In this document: piece after piece, positions 20,912 through 30,963 of the stretch | Layout: each line of letters begins with the position of its first letter | Numbering within the stretch: the stretch's first letter is position 1 | IMG/VR virus record: IMGVR_UViG_3300028557_002174 | Location: 1-64,000 of that record | Source: an uncultured virus (IMG/VR IMGVR_UViG_3300028557_002174) | Lineage: Duplodnaviria > Heunggongvirae > Uroviricota > Caudoviricetes | DNA: 64,000 nucleotides | Strand: one strand, 5' to 3' | Translations under genes and position numbers: made by a program | Notes under the pieces: generated by a model | Told to the model about the DNA's origin: nothing | Databases searched by the model: none | Seen by the model: the letters and a program-made list of their open reading frames with translations, nothing else

Positions 20912-22899
20912 TGGCTTGTACAACTTGTGTTAGATGGATGGTATGGAATAATTCTGATGTAAATCAGATTTATTATACCTATAATTGTACCACCTTATCT
21001 CTTGAAAGTCATGTTATTGGTGCGGGACAATTTTCAAGTGTTTGTGGTTGTTTAGAGAACGGTGCTTACTCAGATTCTGAGGATGTCTATATTGAAAATG
21101 GTGGAACAGGTTATATTAATTTTGAGGGTATATTACTTTATCCTTGTGAGGAAACTCCTGAACCTTCGTTTACCCCAAGTCCATTCCCAACAAGAACCCC
21201 AAACCACACACCAACACCAACATTAATAGTTTGTGGTTCAGGTTATACAACAGGACAATACTATTATTATGATTGTTGTGGAGTGTTTCAAGAAGGAAAC
21301 GGAGAAGAAACCGCAATTATTTTTGATTACACAAAGCCATACAACGGTGTTGTTAAATTGGGGGTACCAGCGTCAACGTCTTGTGTAACACCAACACCCA
21401 CACCTTCAATAACGGCAACAAATACTCTTACACCAACACCGACAAATACAAAGACACCAACACCCACACCAACTTTAACACCTACTCCAACGATTACTCC
21501 AAGTAATCAATCCTTTACAAAATTAGCGAACAATTGTGATGTAATTACATTGTTTCCACTTGGGGTTGAATGTTATGGAACCAACCCATCGTCTTCAACA
21601 AGTTACGATGGAAAATTATATTTGAGAATAACAGGTGGAACTGCTCCTTATAATATTACTTGGGAGGGTGGACAAAAAACACCATACCTATTTAATTTAG
21701 ATGGGGGTGAATACACAGTAACTGTTGTTGATTTTTATGGTGATTTTACAGCGACTACAACATGTTCAATGATAGTTCCGTCACCAACACCAACGCCAAC
21801 ACTTACACCAACAAATACACCAACACCATCACCAGTTTATCCAACACTTTGTTTTAATATTATTTGGCAAGAACAAGTTCCTGTTCAAATTGAATTTACA
21901 CCAAATGGTGTTGTCAATGGTAAACCATCATGGACAAATGGTTCAGGATACAATGTTGTATGGAACCCAACTCAAGGTGTGTGGGTAACGAGTGGATACA
22001 CAGCATATGGTGGAACACTTAACTCACAATCACCAACAGTACCACCATTGAGTGGTTGGTATTCAGTTGGTTCAGAAATTCCTGCAACTGTTAGTGTTCA
22101 GGATGAATCATGTGCAACTGCGGTATTCTTATCGGCACAAATTCTTACAAGTTTGGCAGACTGTGAAGCAGTTTGTAACGGTTCAATCTTAATTAATCCG
22201 ATTGGAGGAACAGGACCTTACCAATATTCTATTAACAATGGAACAACATACCAAACATCAAACATATTCTCTGATTTGTGTGGTGGAAGTTATAGTGTTG
22301 TGGTAAAAGATTCAAATGGTGATGAGTACTCTCAAGTAACAACAGTTGCAAACCAAGCATCGGTTACAACTTATAGTATTGGTGTTCAGAAACTATCAAA
22401 TCCAATTGGAGTAAATCAAGAGTCAATGACTTGGAAGGTTAATATTATACCACCAATCCCACAAGGTACACAAATCACATTTGATTTGTTAATTAATAAC
22501 GACCAATTGGTTCAAAGACCTGGTGACGGTATAATTGATTATACAAATGTGGTTAAGAAAAACAACACAACATTAACAACTACACCAGTATCAAGTTCAT
22601 CAACAACTAATAGACCATATTGTTCACCAAATACACAAACTCAAACCGTTGATGTTTCAACCTATACAACAATTACGATGGGTTATAATGATGTTGTTAG
22701 CGGTACATCAGTATCTGACATGGAAGTTACTCTACCAAGAAATGTCCAAGGATGTTCAACAGTTATTAAACAAAATGTGACAGTATCAACCACAAATCAA
22801 TCTATCTCAGGATGTATTTGTTGTTCAGTTGTGAATAGTGAAGGAACGGCAATAATGCAACATGCTCTTGGGGCTAATCAAGCTGGCGGTGGGGTATAA
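20911..22899 (+). CDS. Thr/Pro-rich putative virion/adhesin protein with SprB-like repeats
   Basis: TGGTAPYNITW...L.GGEYTVTVVD and GGTGPYQYSINNG...FSDLCGGSYSVVVKDSNG (SprB-type). TGATG overlap gives ATG at 20911. Confidence 0.7.
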   Translation: MACTTCVRWMVWNNSDVNQIYYTYNCTTLSLESHVIGAGQFSSVCGCLENGAYSDSEDVYIENGGTGYINFEGILLYPCEETPEPSFTPSPFPTRTPNHTPTPTLIVCGSGYTTGQYYYYDCCGVFQEGNGEETAIIFDYTKPYNGVVKLGVPASTSCVTPTPTPSITATNTLTPTPTNTKTPTPTPTLTPTPTITPSNQSFTKLANNCDVITLFPLGVECYGTNPSSSTSYDGKLYLRITGGTAPYNITWEGGQKTPYLFNLDGGEYTVTVVDFYGDFTATTTCSMIVPSPTPTPTLTPTNTPTPSPVYPTLCFNIIWQEQVPVQIEFTPNGVVNGKPSWTNGSGYNVVWNPTQGVWVTSGYTAYGGTLNSQSPTVPPLSGWYSVGSEIPATVSVQDESCATAVFLSAQILTSLADCEAVCNGSILINPIGGTGPYQYSINNGTTYQTSNIFSDLCGGSYSVVVKDSNGDEYSQVTTVANQASVTTYSIGVQKLSNPIGVNQESMTWKVNIIPPIPQGTQITFDLLINNDQLVQRPGDGIIDYTNVVKKNNTTLTTTPVSSSSTTNRPYCSPNTQTQTVDVSTYTTITMGYNDVVSGTSVSDMEVTLPRNVQGCSTVIKQNVTVSTTNQSISGCICCSVVNSEGTAIMQHALGANQAGGGV

Positions 22900-22925
22900 A
22901 ATTTCTTTGTAAGTATTTAATATAG

Positions 22926-25115
22926 ATGGCATACATTATCAAAAATACCGCGGGGTTAATCAACACAAGAATCACTGATGTTGGTAGAAGAAATATATCG
23001 CAGGGTAATTTCGTAGTATCATATTTTTCAATCGGTGATAGTGAGGTTAATTATACTGCAGTACCGAATTATAATTTAACAAATAATAGTATTTTAATGC
23101 CGGCATTTAATGCTCAAAATGATACCGGTTCACCACAATCAAACAAACAAAATATTAAATACCCGTTATATGTTGATGGTACTTCAGGTAACACATATGG
23201 TATTCCATTTATGGATGCTCAAGTTGAACCTATTTACAATTCACAATCGCCTTTAGGATTTTTCACAGGTTCATCATATCCCTTCTCAGCACAAACTTCA
23301 TCGGCCTATACCGTAACATCAAATTATATTGTTGATATGGGAACCTTAACGGGTCAAACAAGTGGTGTAACTATTAATTATGATTTTGCGGCGACCACAT
23401 CAGGAACACCAAGTATTGGTGATATCATCGTTATGTATTTGGATGGTAATGGTAGTAATACTGGAGAATTCACAACATCACCAATTTTAACTTATCAAAT
23501 TGTTAGTTTAAACCCTACGACAGGAACTACAGGAACAACAACTTGGAATTTGACTTTGGATAGGTCGGTACCTGATTATTCAAGTTTACCTGGCGGAACC
23601 ATTGGTAGAGTTTTAATTTACCCTTCAGGAATGACTCAGTTGTATGATACTGTAACACCGGCACCTTATTGGCAAAACGATTCATTTAATTTTGAAAGTC
23701 CGTGTGATGTATCCCAACGTGAGATAACACCTATTTGGAATATGAATATTCCATGGAGTGAAAGCCCTGCGGGTGTATTCTCAAACATTTATGAGTCATA
23801 TCCATATTATGGTTCGGTGGATTATATTGGGACTAAAGAATATTTGGGTTACCAACAAAATAGTGGTCAAACTGATACAAGTTCTACGTTCTACTACAAT
23901 TCATTTAACGATAAAATTATTGTTGAACCAAGAGAACAAAAAGCCATTGCAATTATTCACTACACAAATCAATCTATTGATAATGTTTATGGTGAGAAAT
24001 TTGCAACAAATCCGTTTGACCCACAGAACCCAACAACTGACCCAGGATTAGCAAGAAGTTTTAAATTGACAATTCCAACATTGATGTGGCACAAAACCAC
24101 AGGAACTACAATTGGTGAAGTGTTTTATATTGACCCTCCAGGTTATGACTTGTGTTATCCTCAATACATAAAGTCAACTGAGAATCTTGACATGAATGAC
24201 CCGGGTATTAGATACTATCATTTATATGATTTAAATGCAAATGCTAATGGTAATTTGAATCGTATTGGTAAAGTCTTCCCTGACCAAGAAATTGTGATTA
24301 TTGATGATGAGGAAGTTATTGCTGCGATGTCATATAAAGCAAATAGAAATTGGACATTACCCGCACCACAATTAAGTTTATTAACACCAAACTCTTGTTT
24401 CACTGATGAGACATCTACAGGTATATTAAATAACGAAGCTGATAAACTATGGTTAACATATAGATTTGATACCACAGGATTCACAGACTCATTACATTGT
24501 AATTACTACTCTAAGATTTCAGGACCTATTAAAACTGTTGGTACAATTTCACAGAATGTTGCAGTTAGATTCGGAGATGAGTTTCCGTTTATGGGTGAAG
24601 ACCCACTAACAGGATTTACCGCAACTTCAATGAAGTTGTTGGTTCAGAAAATATCGGGTGACACAAAACCAAGTGCTACTGCATGGAAAGAAATTGATGT
24701 AACAAGTCAGATAACTTTGGTTAATGGATTTATTCCTGTAAGTGGTGTGACAGGTCAAGTGTTCCAAGTATCACTTGAAGATTACACAGGAGCAACAACT
24801 TACAACTTGGCAAACTATATTGACTTACCTGAGTTAAATGAACCAAATGTTTTGAACTTTGGTGATGAGTATTTCTTCTATGGTAATTTAGAAACGGATA
24901 TTCAAGCAACCATTTATGAAATGAAGTATTTGATTAATTTGGGACAAAATCAGTTCACTTCTTCATCAAATCCATCGTATGTGTTAGGTACAAATCCATA
25001 TATTACGGAAATTGGACTTTACGATTCCGCCAAAGACCTTATAGTTATTTCTAAGCTACAATCTCCCGTTAAAAGACAGGGTATTCAACAGTTTGTAGTG
25101 AAGTTAGACTTTTAA
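22926..25115 (+). CDS. Putative baseplate/tail structural protein
   Basis: N-terminal INTRITDVGRR..F.IGDSEVNY and C-terminal PYITEIGLYD...LIVISKLQSPVKR...VKLDF, resembling large-phage tail-collar/baseplate proteins. Confidence 0.55.
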   Translation: MAYIIKNTAGLINTRITDVGRRNISQGNFVVSYFSIGDSEVNYTAVPNYNLTNNSILMPAFNAQNDTGSPQSNKQNIKYPLYVDGTSGNTYGIPFMDAQVEPIYNSQSPLGFFTGSSYPFSAQTSSAYTVTSNYIVDMGTLTGQTSGVTINYDFAATTSGTPSIGDIIVMYLDGNGSNTGEFTTSPILTYQIVSLNPTTGTTGTTTWNLTLDRSVPDYSSLPGGTIGRVLIYPSGMTQLYDTVTPAPYWQNDSFNFESPCDVSQREITPIWNMNIPWSESPAGVFSNIYESYPYYGSVDYIGTKEYLGYQQNSGQTDTSSTFYYNSFNDKIIVEPREQKAIAIIHYTNQSIDNVYGEKFATNPFDPQNPTTDPGLARSFKLTIPTLMWHKTTGTTIGEVFYIDPPGYDLCYPQYIKSTENLDMNDPGIRYYHLYDLNANANGNLNRIGKVFPDQEIVIIDDEEVIAAMSYKANRNWTLPAPQLSLLTPNSCFTDETSTGILNNEADKLWLTYRFDTTGFTDSLHCNYYSKISGPIKTVGTISQNVAVRFGDEFPFMGEDPLTGFTATSMKLLVQKISGDTKPSATAWKEIDVTSQITLVNGFIPVSGVTGQVFQVSLEDYTGATTYNLANYIDLPELNEPNVLNFGDEYFFYGNLETDIQATIYEMKYLINLGQNQFTSSSNPSYVLGTNPYITEIGLYDSAKDLIVISKLQSPVKRQGIQQFVVKLDF

Positions 25116-25116
25116 T

Positions 25117-25713
25117 ATGGCAAAATTCCAAAACACACCAAAAGTACTTGGTTTAGATGTAAGTACTAAAACAATCGGTATTGCACTTTTTGATATACCA
25201 TCCCAACAATTATTGGAATTAACGCACGTATCACCGGTACCAAAACCAAAGAGTGAAAATAAGATTGAAGAACTAATTCGTAAGAGTGAAATTGTTCGTC
25301 AAAAATTAATTGAGTATAAAGATTTTGGTATTACCAAAGTTATTATTGAGGAACCATTGTTGAACTCAAATAATGTTTATACTGTAGGAACTCTTATGAG
25401 ATACAATACTCTAATCTGTAAAGAGGTTTGGGATGTGTTGGGTGTTATACCTGAACTTATTTCAACTTACAATGCTCGTAAGGCGGCATTTCCTGAATTA
25501 GTTCAAAAGAACGATAAGAACAAGTTTGTTTTATTTGGCGGGTATCCCAAAAACGCCGACAAGAAAGAAATCATTTGGCAACAAGTTGCCAAAAAAGAAC
25601 CACAAATTACTTGGCTCTATACTAAGAACAACACACTTAAGAAAGAAAATTTTGATATGAGCGATTCATATACCTGTGTTCTTGGTTATATGAATACAGA
25701 AAAAATTTGGTAG
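25117..25713 (+). CDS. RuvC-like Holliday junction resolvase
   Basis: VLGLDVSTKTIG, VIIEE, and C-terminal FDMSDSY acidic residues (RNase H fold). Confidence 0.75.
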   Translation: MAKFQNTPKVLGLDVSTKTIGIALFDIPSQQLLELTHVSPVPKPKSENKIEELIRKSEIVRQKLIEYKDFGITKVIIEEPLLNSNNVYTVGTLMRYNTLICKEVWDVLGVIPELISTYNARKAAFPELVQKNDKNKFVLFGGYPKNADKKEIIWQQVAKKEPQITWLYTKNNTLKKENFDMSDSYTCVLGYMNTEKIW

Positions 25714-25737
25714 TTTAACAAACTTGGCATACCTTTG
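25706..25737 (+). promoter_or_regulatory. Bacteroidota-type sigma-A promoter
   Basis: TTTG (25706-09), 20-nt spacer, TACCTTTG (25730-37), 4 nt before ATG 25742. Confidence 0.6.
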
Positions 25738-25741
25738 AGGT

Positions 25742-26122
25742 ATGAAAAAAGAACTCATTAAGGACCAAAAACTAAACACTCTGATTCAAAAAATAAACAG
25801 AAGAGGTGTTATGGTTAGTAACAGTCATGTCGATGGTAAACTTAAAATTAAAAAAGTTCGTAAGTACAAAACCGAATGGAGTTGGGCGCCTTTTTTTCAT
25901 GAGGTGGACATAATTTTTGAAGGTAAAATTTATGCTAGTGTGGGTAGTGGAAGTAATTGGTTAAGTAGTGAGATTCTTAGTCAAAATGGTATATCCAAGG
26001 TTAAACTGAATAAATTTTTTAGAAGGAGACTTGAAGATTCAGTAGAGTCATTTTGTGAGCTTGTTGGTTTGGATGTGAAATCGTATGGTACAATCAAAAT
26101 CAAAAATATTATTTGGAATTGA
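25742..26122 (+). CDS. Hypothetical basic protein
   Basis: 126-aa ORF downstream of a host-type promoter. Confidence 0.6.
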   Translation: MKKELIKDQKLNTLIQKINRRGVMVSNSHVDGKLKIKKVRKYKTEWSWAPFFHEVDIIFEGKIYASVGSGSNWLSSEILSQNGISKVKLNKFFRRRLEDSVESFCELVGLDVKSYGTIKIKNIIWN

Positions 26123-26144
26123 TAGTGAAGTTTACTATCTTTAA

Positions 26145-27059
26145 ATGATGACTCAAGAAAACGAGGTAATAGTAGAACTTCTCATTGACGTATTAGGTAA
26201 TGAGAAACAGCACTATGAGTCAAAGGGACAGATATCTTTTGACTGTCCCGTATGTGCCCAAGAAAAGGGTCTTGAGTCTGATGGTAAGGGTAACTTGGAA
26301 ATCAATTACATCCGAGGGGTTTACAAATGTTGGGCTTGTTCCGAAACTAACGGAACCCAAGGACCCCTCGGTAAGTTACTTGACCATTTTGGAACCAAAC
26401 AACAAAAGAAGACATACGAACTTATCCGTCCATCTGAAGAGTTTGTTAGAGAAAAACCAAAAGTATGGGCACGACTCCCTGAAGGTTATAAAAAGTTTGA
26501 AGACTCTAACATAAGGTTTATACCACACCGTGAGGCGATTACCTATCTTTATTCTCGTGGTATCACTGATGAGATAATTCAGAAATACGACATTGGATAT
26601 ACAGTTACCGGTGATTATGCCTACAGGATTATTGTTCCGTCATATGACATGGATGGCAAATTGAATTACTTTATTGCCAGGGCGTGGACACCAAAGAAAA
26701 TGAAATACAAAAACCCATCAGTTCCAAAAGATGAAATTATTTTTAACGAAAGTAGAATAGATTGGACAAAAGATGTGTATCTTTGTGAAGGTGTGTTTGA
26801 CGGTTTCTTTTTACCCAACCCAATCCCTATGCTAGGAAAGATGTTATCTGAGAATTTGTTTACCACCCTATATGAAAAGGTACAGGGTGATATTCATATT
26901 TGTTTGGATGGTGACGCTTGGGAGAACGCACTTAGAGTCTATCACAATTTAAATGGTGGACGCTTGTATAATAAAATTAAAATCCTTAAATTGCCGAAGG
27001 ATAAGGACGTATGTGACTTAAAAGGCAAGATTGACGAATACTACTACGAAATAAAATGA
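26145..27059 (+). CDS. dnaG: DNA primase (zinc-binding domain plus Toprim)
   Basis: CPVC...CWAC zinc finger, YLYSRGI, RIIVP, LCEGVFD, CLDGDA, KDVCD. Confidence 0.85.
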   Translation: MMTQENEVIVELLIDVLGNEKQHYESKGQISFDCPVCAQEKGLESDGKGNLEINYIRGVYKCWACSETNGTQGPLGKLLDHFGTKQQKKTYELIRPSEEFVREKPKVWARLPEGYKKFEDSNIRFIPHREAITYLYSRGITDEIIQKYDIGYTVTGDYAYRIIVPSYDMDGKLNYFIARAWTPKKMKYKNPSVPKDEIIFNESRIDWTKDVYLCEGVFDGFFLPNPIPMLGKMLSENLFTTLYEKVQGDIHICLDGDAWENALRVYHNLNGGRLYNKIKILKLPKDKDVCDLKGKIDEYYYEIK

Positions 27060-27916
27060 TAAACCTAAACGAGACTGCGGAAGACATCCGTTTGATTATT
27101 GAGAAGAAACGAGAAGAATTTGGATTAGAGTTCTTTGAAGATGAACACAAATACTTGATGAAAGATTTGGATGGTAACGTCCGTGATAACTTCCCATCAG
27201 TATCAAAGGTGTTAAAGAAGTTTTATGATGAGTTCCCAACTGAAGAAGCTGCTTTGAAAAAGGCTGGTGGTGATTACATTGAATCCGAACGTTTGATGGA
27301 AGAGTGGAAACAACTTGGACTTGAATCCACCAACTTGGGAAGTAGAACTCACTTTCATTTGGAAACTGAGACCATCGCCCGAAATGGGGGTTATAAGGAA
27401 GTTCGTCAACCTGTTTTTGAATGTGACATTTTTGCTCAAGCGAAAAGTGACTCCATGATTCGTGCTGGTAAACATTACCTTGATTTGTCAGAACAACGAG
27501 GTTTGGTTTTGTTAGATACGGAAATGGTGTTGGGTCATCCTGAGTTGGGATATACAGGGCAACCTGACAAGGTATGGTTGACTACGAATGCTAAAGGTGA
27601 TGAGTTTGGTTTGTTGATTACGGATTGGAAGACAAATAAAGAAAAAAACTTTGAAACCAATAGGTTTACAAAATCAATGTATGCTCCGTTTGATTCATAC
27701 CCAAACAACGCATTGGGTCACTACTATCTTCAACTACCTTTTTACGGTAAGTTATTGGTTAAGATGTTGGAAGGGACAAAATATGAGAACATCAAACTAC
27801 TGGGATGTATTGTGGTATTACTCAAGGACGATGAGACCTATCAAGAGTTCCGAGTTCCAAAAGATATTATGTCAACGATTATGAACATGAATATGAAAAC
27901 AATACTTGGTAAGTAA
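27056..27916 (+). CDS. PD-(D/E)XK nuclease (phage exonuclease-like)
   Basis: PSVSKVL, GSRTH, E...GQPD...DWKTNK, YYLQL..Y. Confidence 0.8.
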   Translation: MINLNETAEDIRLIIEKKREEFGLEFFEDEHKYLMKDLDGNVRDNFPSVSKVLKKFYDEFPTEEAALKKAGGDYIESERLMEEWKQLGLESTNLGSRTHFHLETETIARNGGYKEVRQPVFECDIFAQAKSDSMIRAGKHYLDLSEQRGLVLLDTEMVLGHPELGYTGQPDKVWLTTNAKGDEFGLLITDWKTNKEKNFETNRFTKSMYAPFDSYPNNALGHYYLQLPFYGKLLVKMLEGTKYENIKLLGCIVVLLKDDETYQEFRVPKDIMSTIMNMNMKTILGK

Positions 27917-27951
27917 AAAAAAGTTTTGTATTTTTTATAAAAAATTAAGTT

Positions 27952-28824
27952 ATGTCTAAGAGAGATGAATTAAGACAACAATATGAGTCACAGATTGGGA
28001 AGGTGATGTTTAATAAGTTTTCCAATGCAGACTACACTCAAACCACAAAGTATTTGAGATACTTTTGTAGTATGTGGGTCAATAGAAAAAACGAAAATCT
28101 AAACTATGTTAGTAGAGAAATTATTGATACGGTAAAAGATTTTGAATTATACATTCATTTGATTGAAGAAAAAGATTTGTATCATGAAAAATATAAATCT
28201 TGGCAAACATTATTGTCTGTTGTTGAAACTGCTAGAAATAAAAAATTTGATTCTGAGTTCAATCGTGATGAACACATACGTATTCTCTATGAGGATAAGA
28301 ATTATTTGTTTTTGGAGCCTTTAACTAAAATAGGTTCTTTAAAATATGGTTCTAATACAAAGTGGTGTACTGCGGCAAAAACTGATAACTTTTCTTTTGT
28401 AAGATATTCTAAGAATGGTTTCTTAGCTTATCTAATTAGAAAGGGTGAGCAGAAGAATAGTAATTACAATAAATTGGCATTCTTTACCGAGGAAACTCAA
28501 AATGCTCTTGGTGGTACTGTCCAAATATACAATCAGATAGATAGTGCGATTGAAGACCATTTGGTTAACAAAAACGGGTGGGAATATGAAGACTTGTCTA
28601 AATTCATTTTTATATTTCGTGTGGAGGCTCTTAATAGGTTTCAATATCGTAAGGCTAAGAATAATGTTGACAAGAAAATTGGACTGATTAAAAATTTGGA
28701 TTTGGATGAACTTAAAAAAGATTTGAAAATTGTAACACGACACGATGGTGAGAACCAAGATAATGTTATTAATATGATTGAGCAAGTCATGAAACAAATG
28801 ATAACAAAAATTGAAAATTTCTAA
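27952..28824 (+). CDS. Hypothetical protein with a 'YG..TKWCT' domain
   Basis: SLKYGSNTKWCTAA; shares this motif with 47172..48503. Confidence 0.6.
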   Translation: MSKRDELRQQYESQIGKVMFNKFSNADYTQTTKYLRYFCSMWVNRKNENLNYVSREIIDTVKDFELYIHLIEEKDLYHEKYKSWQTLLSVVETARNKKFDSEFNRDEHIRILYEDKNYLFLEPLTKIGSLKYGSNTKWCTAAKTDNFSFVRYSKNGFLAYLIRKGEQKNSNYNKLAFFTEETQNALGGTVQIYNQIDSAIEDHLVNKNGWEYEDLSKFIFIFRVEALNRFQYRKAKNNVDKKIGLIKNLDLDELKKDLKIVTRHDGENQDNVINMIEQVMKQMITKIENF

Positions 28825-28828
28825 TAAT

Positions 28829-29035
28829 ATGGAACAAAAATTAACTATAAATCTAAAAACCGCTGAAACACTTAAATGTGAACAGTGTGAAAACACCACT
28901 TTTGTTGAAGCATTCCAATTCAAAAAAGTGTCTAAACTTATGACTGGTTCAATGAACGACGGAATTGTGCCGTTCCCAATCTATAAGTGTGACAGTTGTG
29001 GTCACATCAACTCAGAATTTGCAATGCCAGAATGA
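28829..29035 (+). CDS. Small zinc-ribbon protein
   Basis: CEQC...CDSC; ATG at 28829. Confidence 0.7.
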   Translation: MEQKLTINLKTAETLKCEQCENTTFVEAFQFKKVSKLMTGSMNDGIVPFPIYKCDSCGHINSEFAMPE

Positions 29036-29811
29036 TAAAAAGATTAATTCACTTTTCGGATTTACACGTGCGTCTATTTAAAGACCACGACTTGTATAAA
29101 CAAATCTTAACACAAGCTTTGAGTGAGTGGAAAGCTTTAAAACCTGACCGTATTGTTTTTACTGGTGATTTGGTACATTCAAAGAATCAAATGACACCTG
29201 AATTGGTAGAGTTTGTTGCTTGGATTTTAACCGAATGTGCATCAATTACTAAAACCATTCTAATTATTGGTAATCACGACTTCCTTGAAAATAACCAATC
29301 AAGGTTGGATGCTTTGTCTCCGATTATTGATTCACTTAAGAATGAAAACATTGTATACTATAAAAACAGAGGTTCTTACGAAGATGAGAACATTGAATGG
29401 GTGGTTTACTCGCTTATGGACCACAACATTAAACCTGAGATTCCTCAAACTGATAGGGTTAAGATTGGATTATTTCATGGACCTGTTATCGGGCTTTCAA
29501 CAGACATTGGTTACAAATTTGAAGATGGTTTTGAGGCTTCGAAGTTTGAAGGGTGTGATTTGGTACTCTGCGGTGATATTCACAAACGTCAAGTATTTGA
29601 TATCCCAGGGGGTAAGAAAGCATATATGATAGGTTCAACTGTACAACAAAATTTTGGGGAAAGTATTACAAAGCATGGTTATGGTGTTTATGACTTGGAA
29701 TCCGATGAATACACCTTCGTTGATTTGCCAAATCCAAAACCTTTTTTGTCATTCAAGATATCTTCTTACGAAGACTTAGAGACGGGTAAGGAAAAGTTAG
29801 CAAACGTCTAA
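29032..29811 (+). CDS. sbcD: Mre11/SbcD-like metallophosphoesterase nuclease (T4 gp47-like)
   Basis: FSDLH, TGDLVH, IGNHD, FHG, GDIH..Q, GS..QQNFGE. Confidence 0.85.
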   Translation: MIKRLIHFSDLHVRLFKDHDLYKQILTQALSEWKALKPDRIVFTGDLVHSKNQMTPELVEFVAWILTECASITKTILIIGNHDFLENNQSRLDALSPIIDSLKNENIVYYKNRGSYEDENIEWVVYSLMDHNIKPEIPQTDRVKIGLFHGPVIGLSTDIGYKFEDGFEASKFEGCDLVLCGDIHKRQVFDIPGGKKAYMIGSTVQQNFGESITKHGYGVYDLESDEYTFVDLPNPKPFLSFKISSYEDLETGKEKLANV

Positions 29812-30632
29812 TGAGTTTTGGAGTACAGAAGGCAATAGTATTAACTAAGGAAGAGTTAAAAGACTTAGAATCCTTCTGTGCTTTAAACGGTTTGGATATT
29901 GATACTTTAATAAAGGATTCATTCAAACAAGGTTACCGTATTGAAAAGTATGGACTTTTGGGAAATATGGGTGGGATTCAAGAAAAATGGGTGGAAAAAG
30001 AGGTAATTCGTGAAAAACGGGTGGAAATACCTGTTGAGGTTATCAAAGAAGTGGTTAAGATTGAATACGTTGAGGTCCCCGTTGAAAAAGTTGTAACCGT
30101 TGAAAAATTGGTTGAGGTTATCAAAGAGGTTCCCGTTGACAAAGTAGTTATCAAGGAAATTATCAAAGAGGTTCCTGTCGAAAAAATTGTAACAATTTAC
30201 GACAACAGTAGTGAAAATGAACTGTTGTTAAAAATACAACAGTTGGAAAATGGAATGTCTAAAAAGGATAGTGAACTAGATGAACTTAGACGAAAATTTT
30301 CCACTAAAGAGGGTGAAATTACCGATAAAGAGCGAGAATTTTCCACTATAACCACAGAAAACGAAAATATTTTCCACTATAAAATGTCTAAGAAAGATGA
30401 AGAACTAGATGAACTTAGACATTCTTTAGACATTCTTAAACAAAAGACCGACAATCCCGATAACACAAATAAACTTCAAGAGACTCTACAAAAAATTAGG
30501 CAACAAGTAATTGATAGAGATGTTGAAATTTCTGAATTAAAAAGTAAAATTAACGAACTAAATAAGTTACAACAAGACCAAAAAGCCTTATATTTAAAAG
30601 GGTCCAACTTGGACAATAAACTTTATAAATAA
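29811..30632 (+). CDS. Coiled-coil protein with V-P-V-E-K (articulin/alveolin-like) repeats
   Basis: VEIPVEVIKEVVKIEYVEVPVEKVVTVEK...EVPVDKVV..EVPVEKIV followed by heptad-rich C-terminus. Confidence 0.6.
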   Translation: MSFGVQKAIVLTKEELKDLESFCALNGLDIDTLIKDSFKQGYRIEKYGLLGNMGGIQEKWVEKEVIREKRVEIPVEVIKEVVKIEYVEVPVEKVVTVEKLVEVIKEVPVDKVVIKEIIKEVPVEKIVTIYDNSSENELLLKIQQLENGMSKKDSELDELRRKFSTKEGEITDKEREFSTITTENENIFHYKMSKKDEELDELRHSLDILKQKTDNPDNTNKLQETLQKIRQQVIDRDVEISELKSKINELNKLQQDQKALYLKGSNLDNKLYK

Positions 30633-30640
30633 AATAAATT

Positions 30641-30961
30641 ATGATAATATTCACTTGGATTATTTTAGCGTATGGACTGAGCCAAATTTTGGTTTACGGT
30701 TCTATCTTTGACACACAAAGACAATGGGTACACGCTTGGGCGGAACTTTCACCAATTTTGAAATTCATCTCAGGTTTGATTTCTTGTATGATGTGTACAT
30801 CAACATGGGTTGGATTCTTTTTGGGTCTAACTTTATTTTCACCTACAAGTTTCTTGTATGACACACCAACATGGATTTCATGGTTCTTTGACGGACTATT
30901 GGCATCGGGAGGTGTATGGGCGGTGAACTCAATTATTGAATGGTTTGAAAACGAAAAATAA
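30641..30961 (+). CDS. Small membrane protein (DUF1360-like)
   Basis: Hydrophobic segments and LISCMMCTSTWVG (CxxC..W). Confidence 0.6.
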   Translation: MIIFTWIILAYGLSQILVYGSIFDTQRQWVHAWAELSPILKFISGLISCMMCTSTWVGFFLGLTLFSPTSFLYDTPTWISWFFDGLLASGGVWAVNSIIEWFENEK

Positions 30962-30963
30962 AA

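Noticed and set aside
27056..27916. Cas4 or CRISPR adaptation gene
   Set aside because: It lacks the four-Cys Fe-S cluster pattern, and no cas genes or array are nearby.
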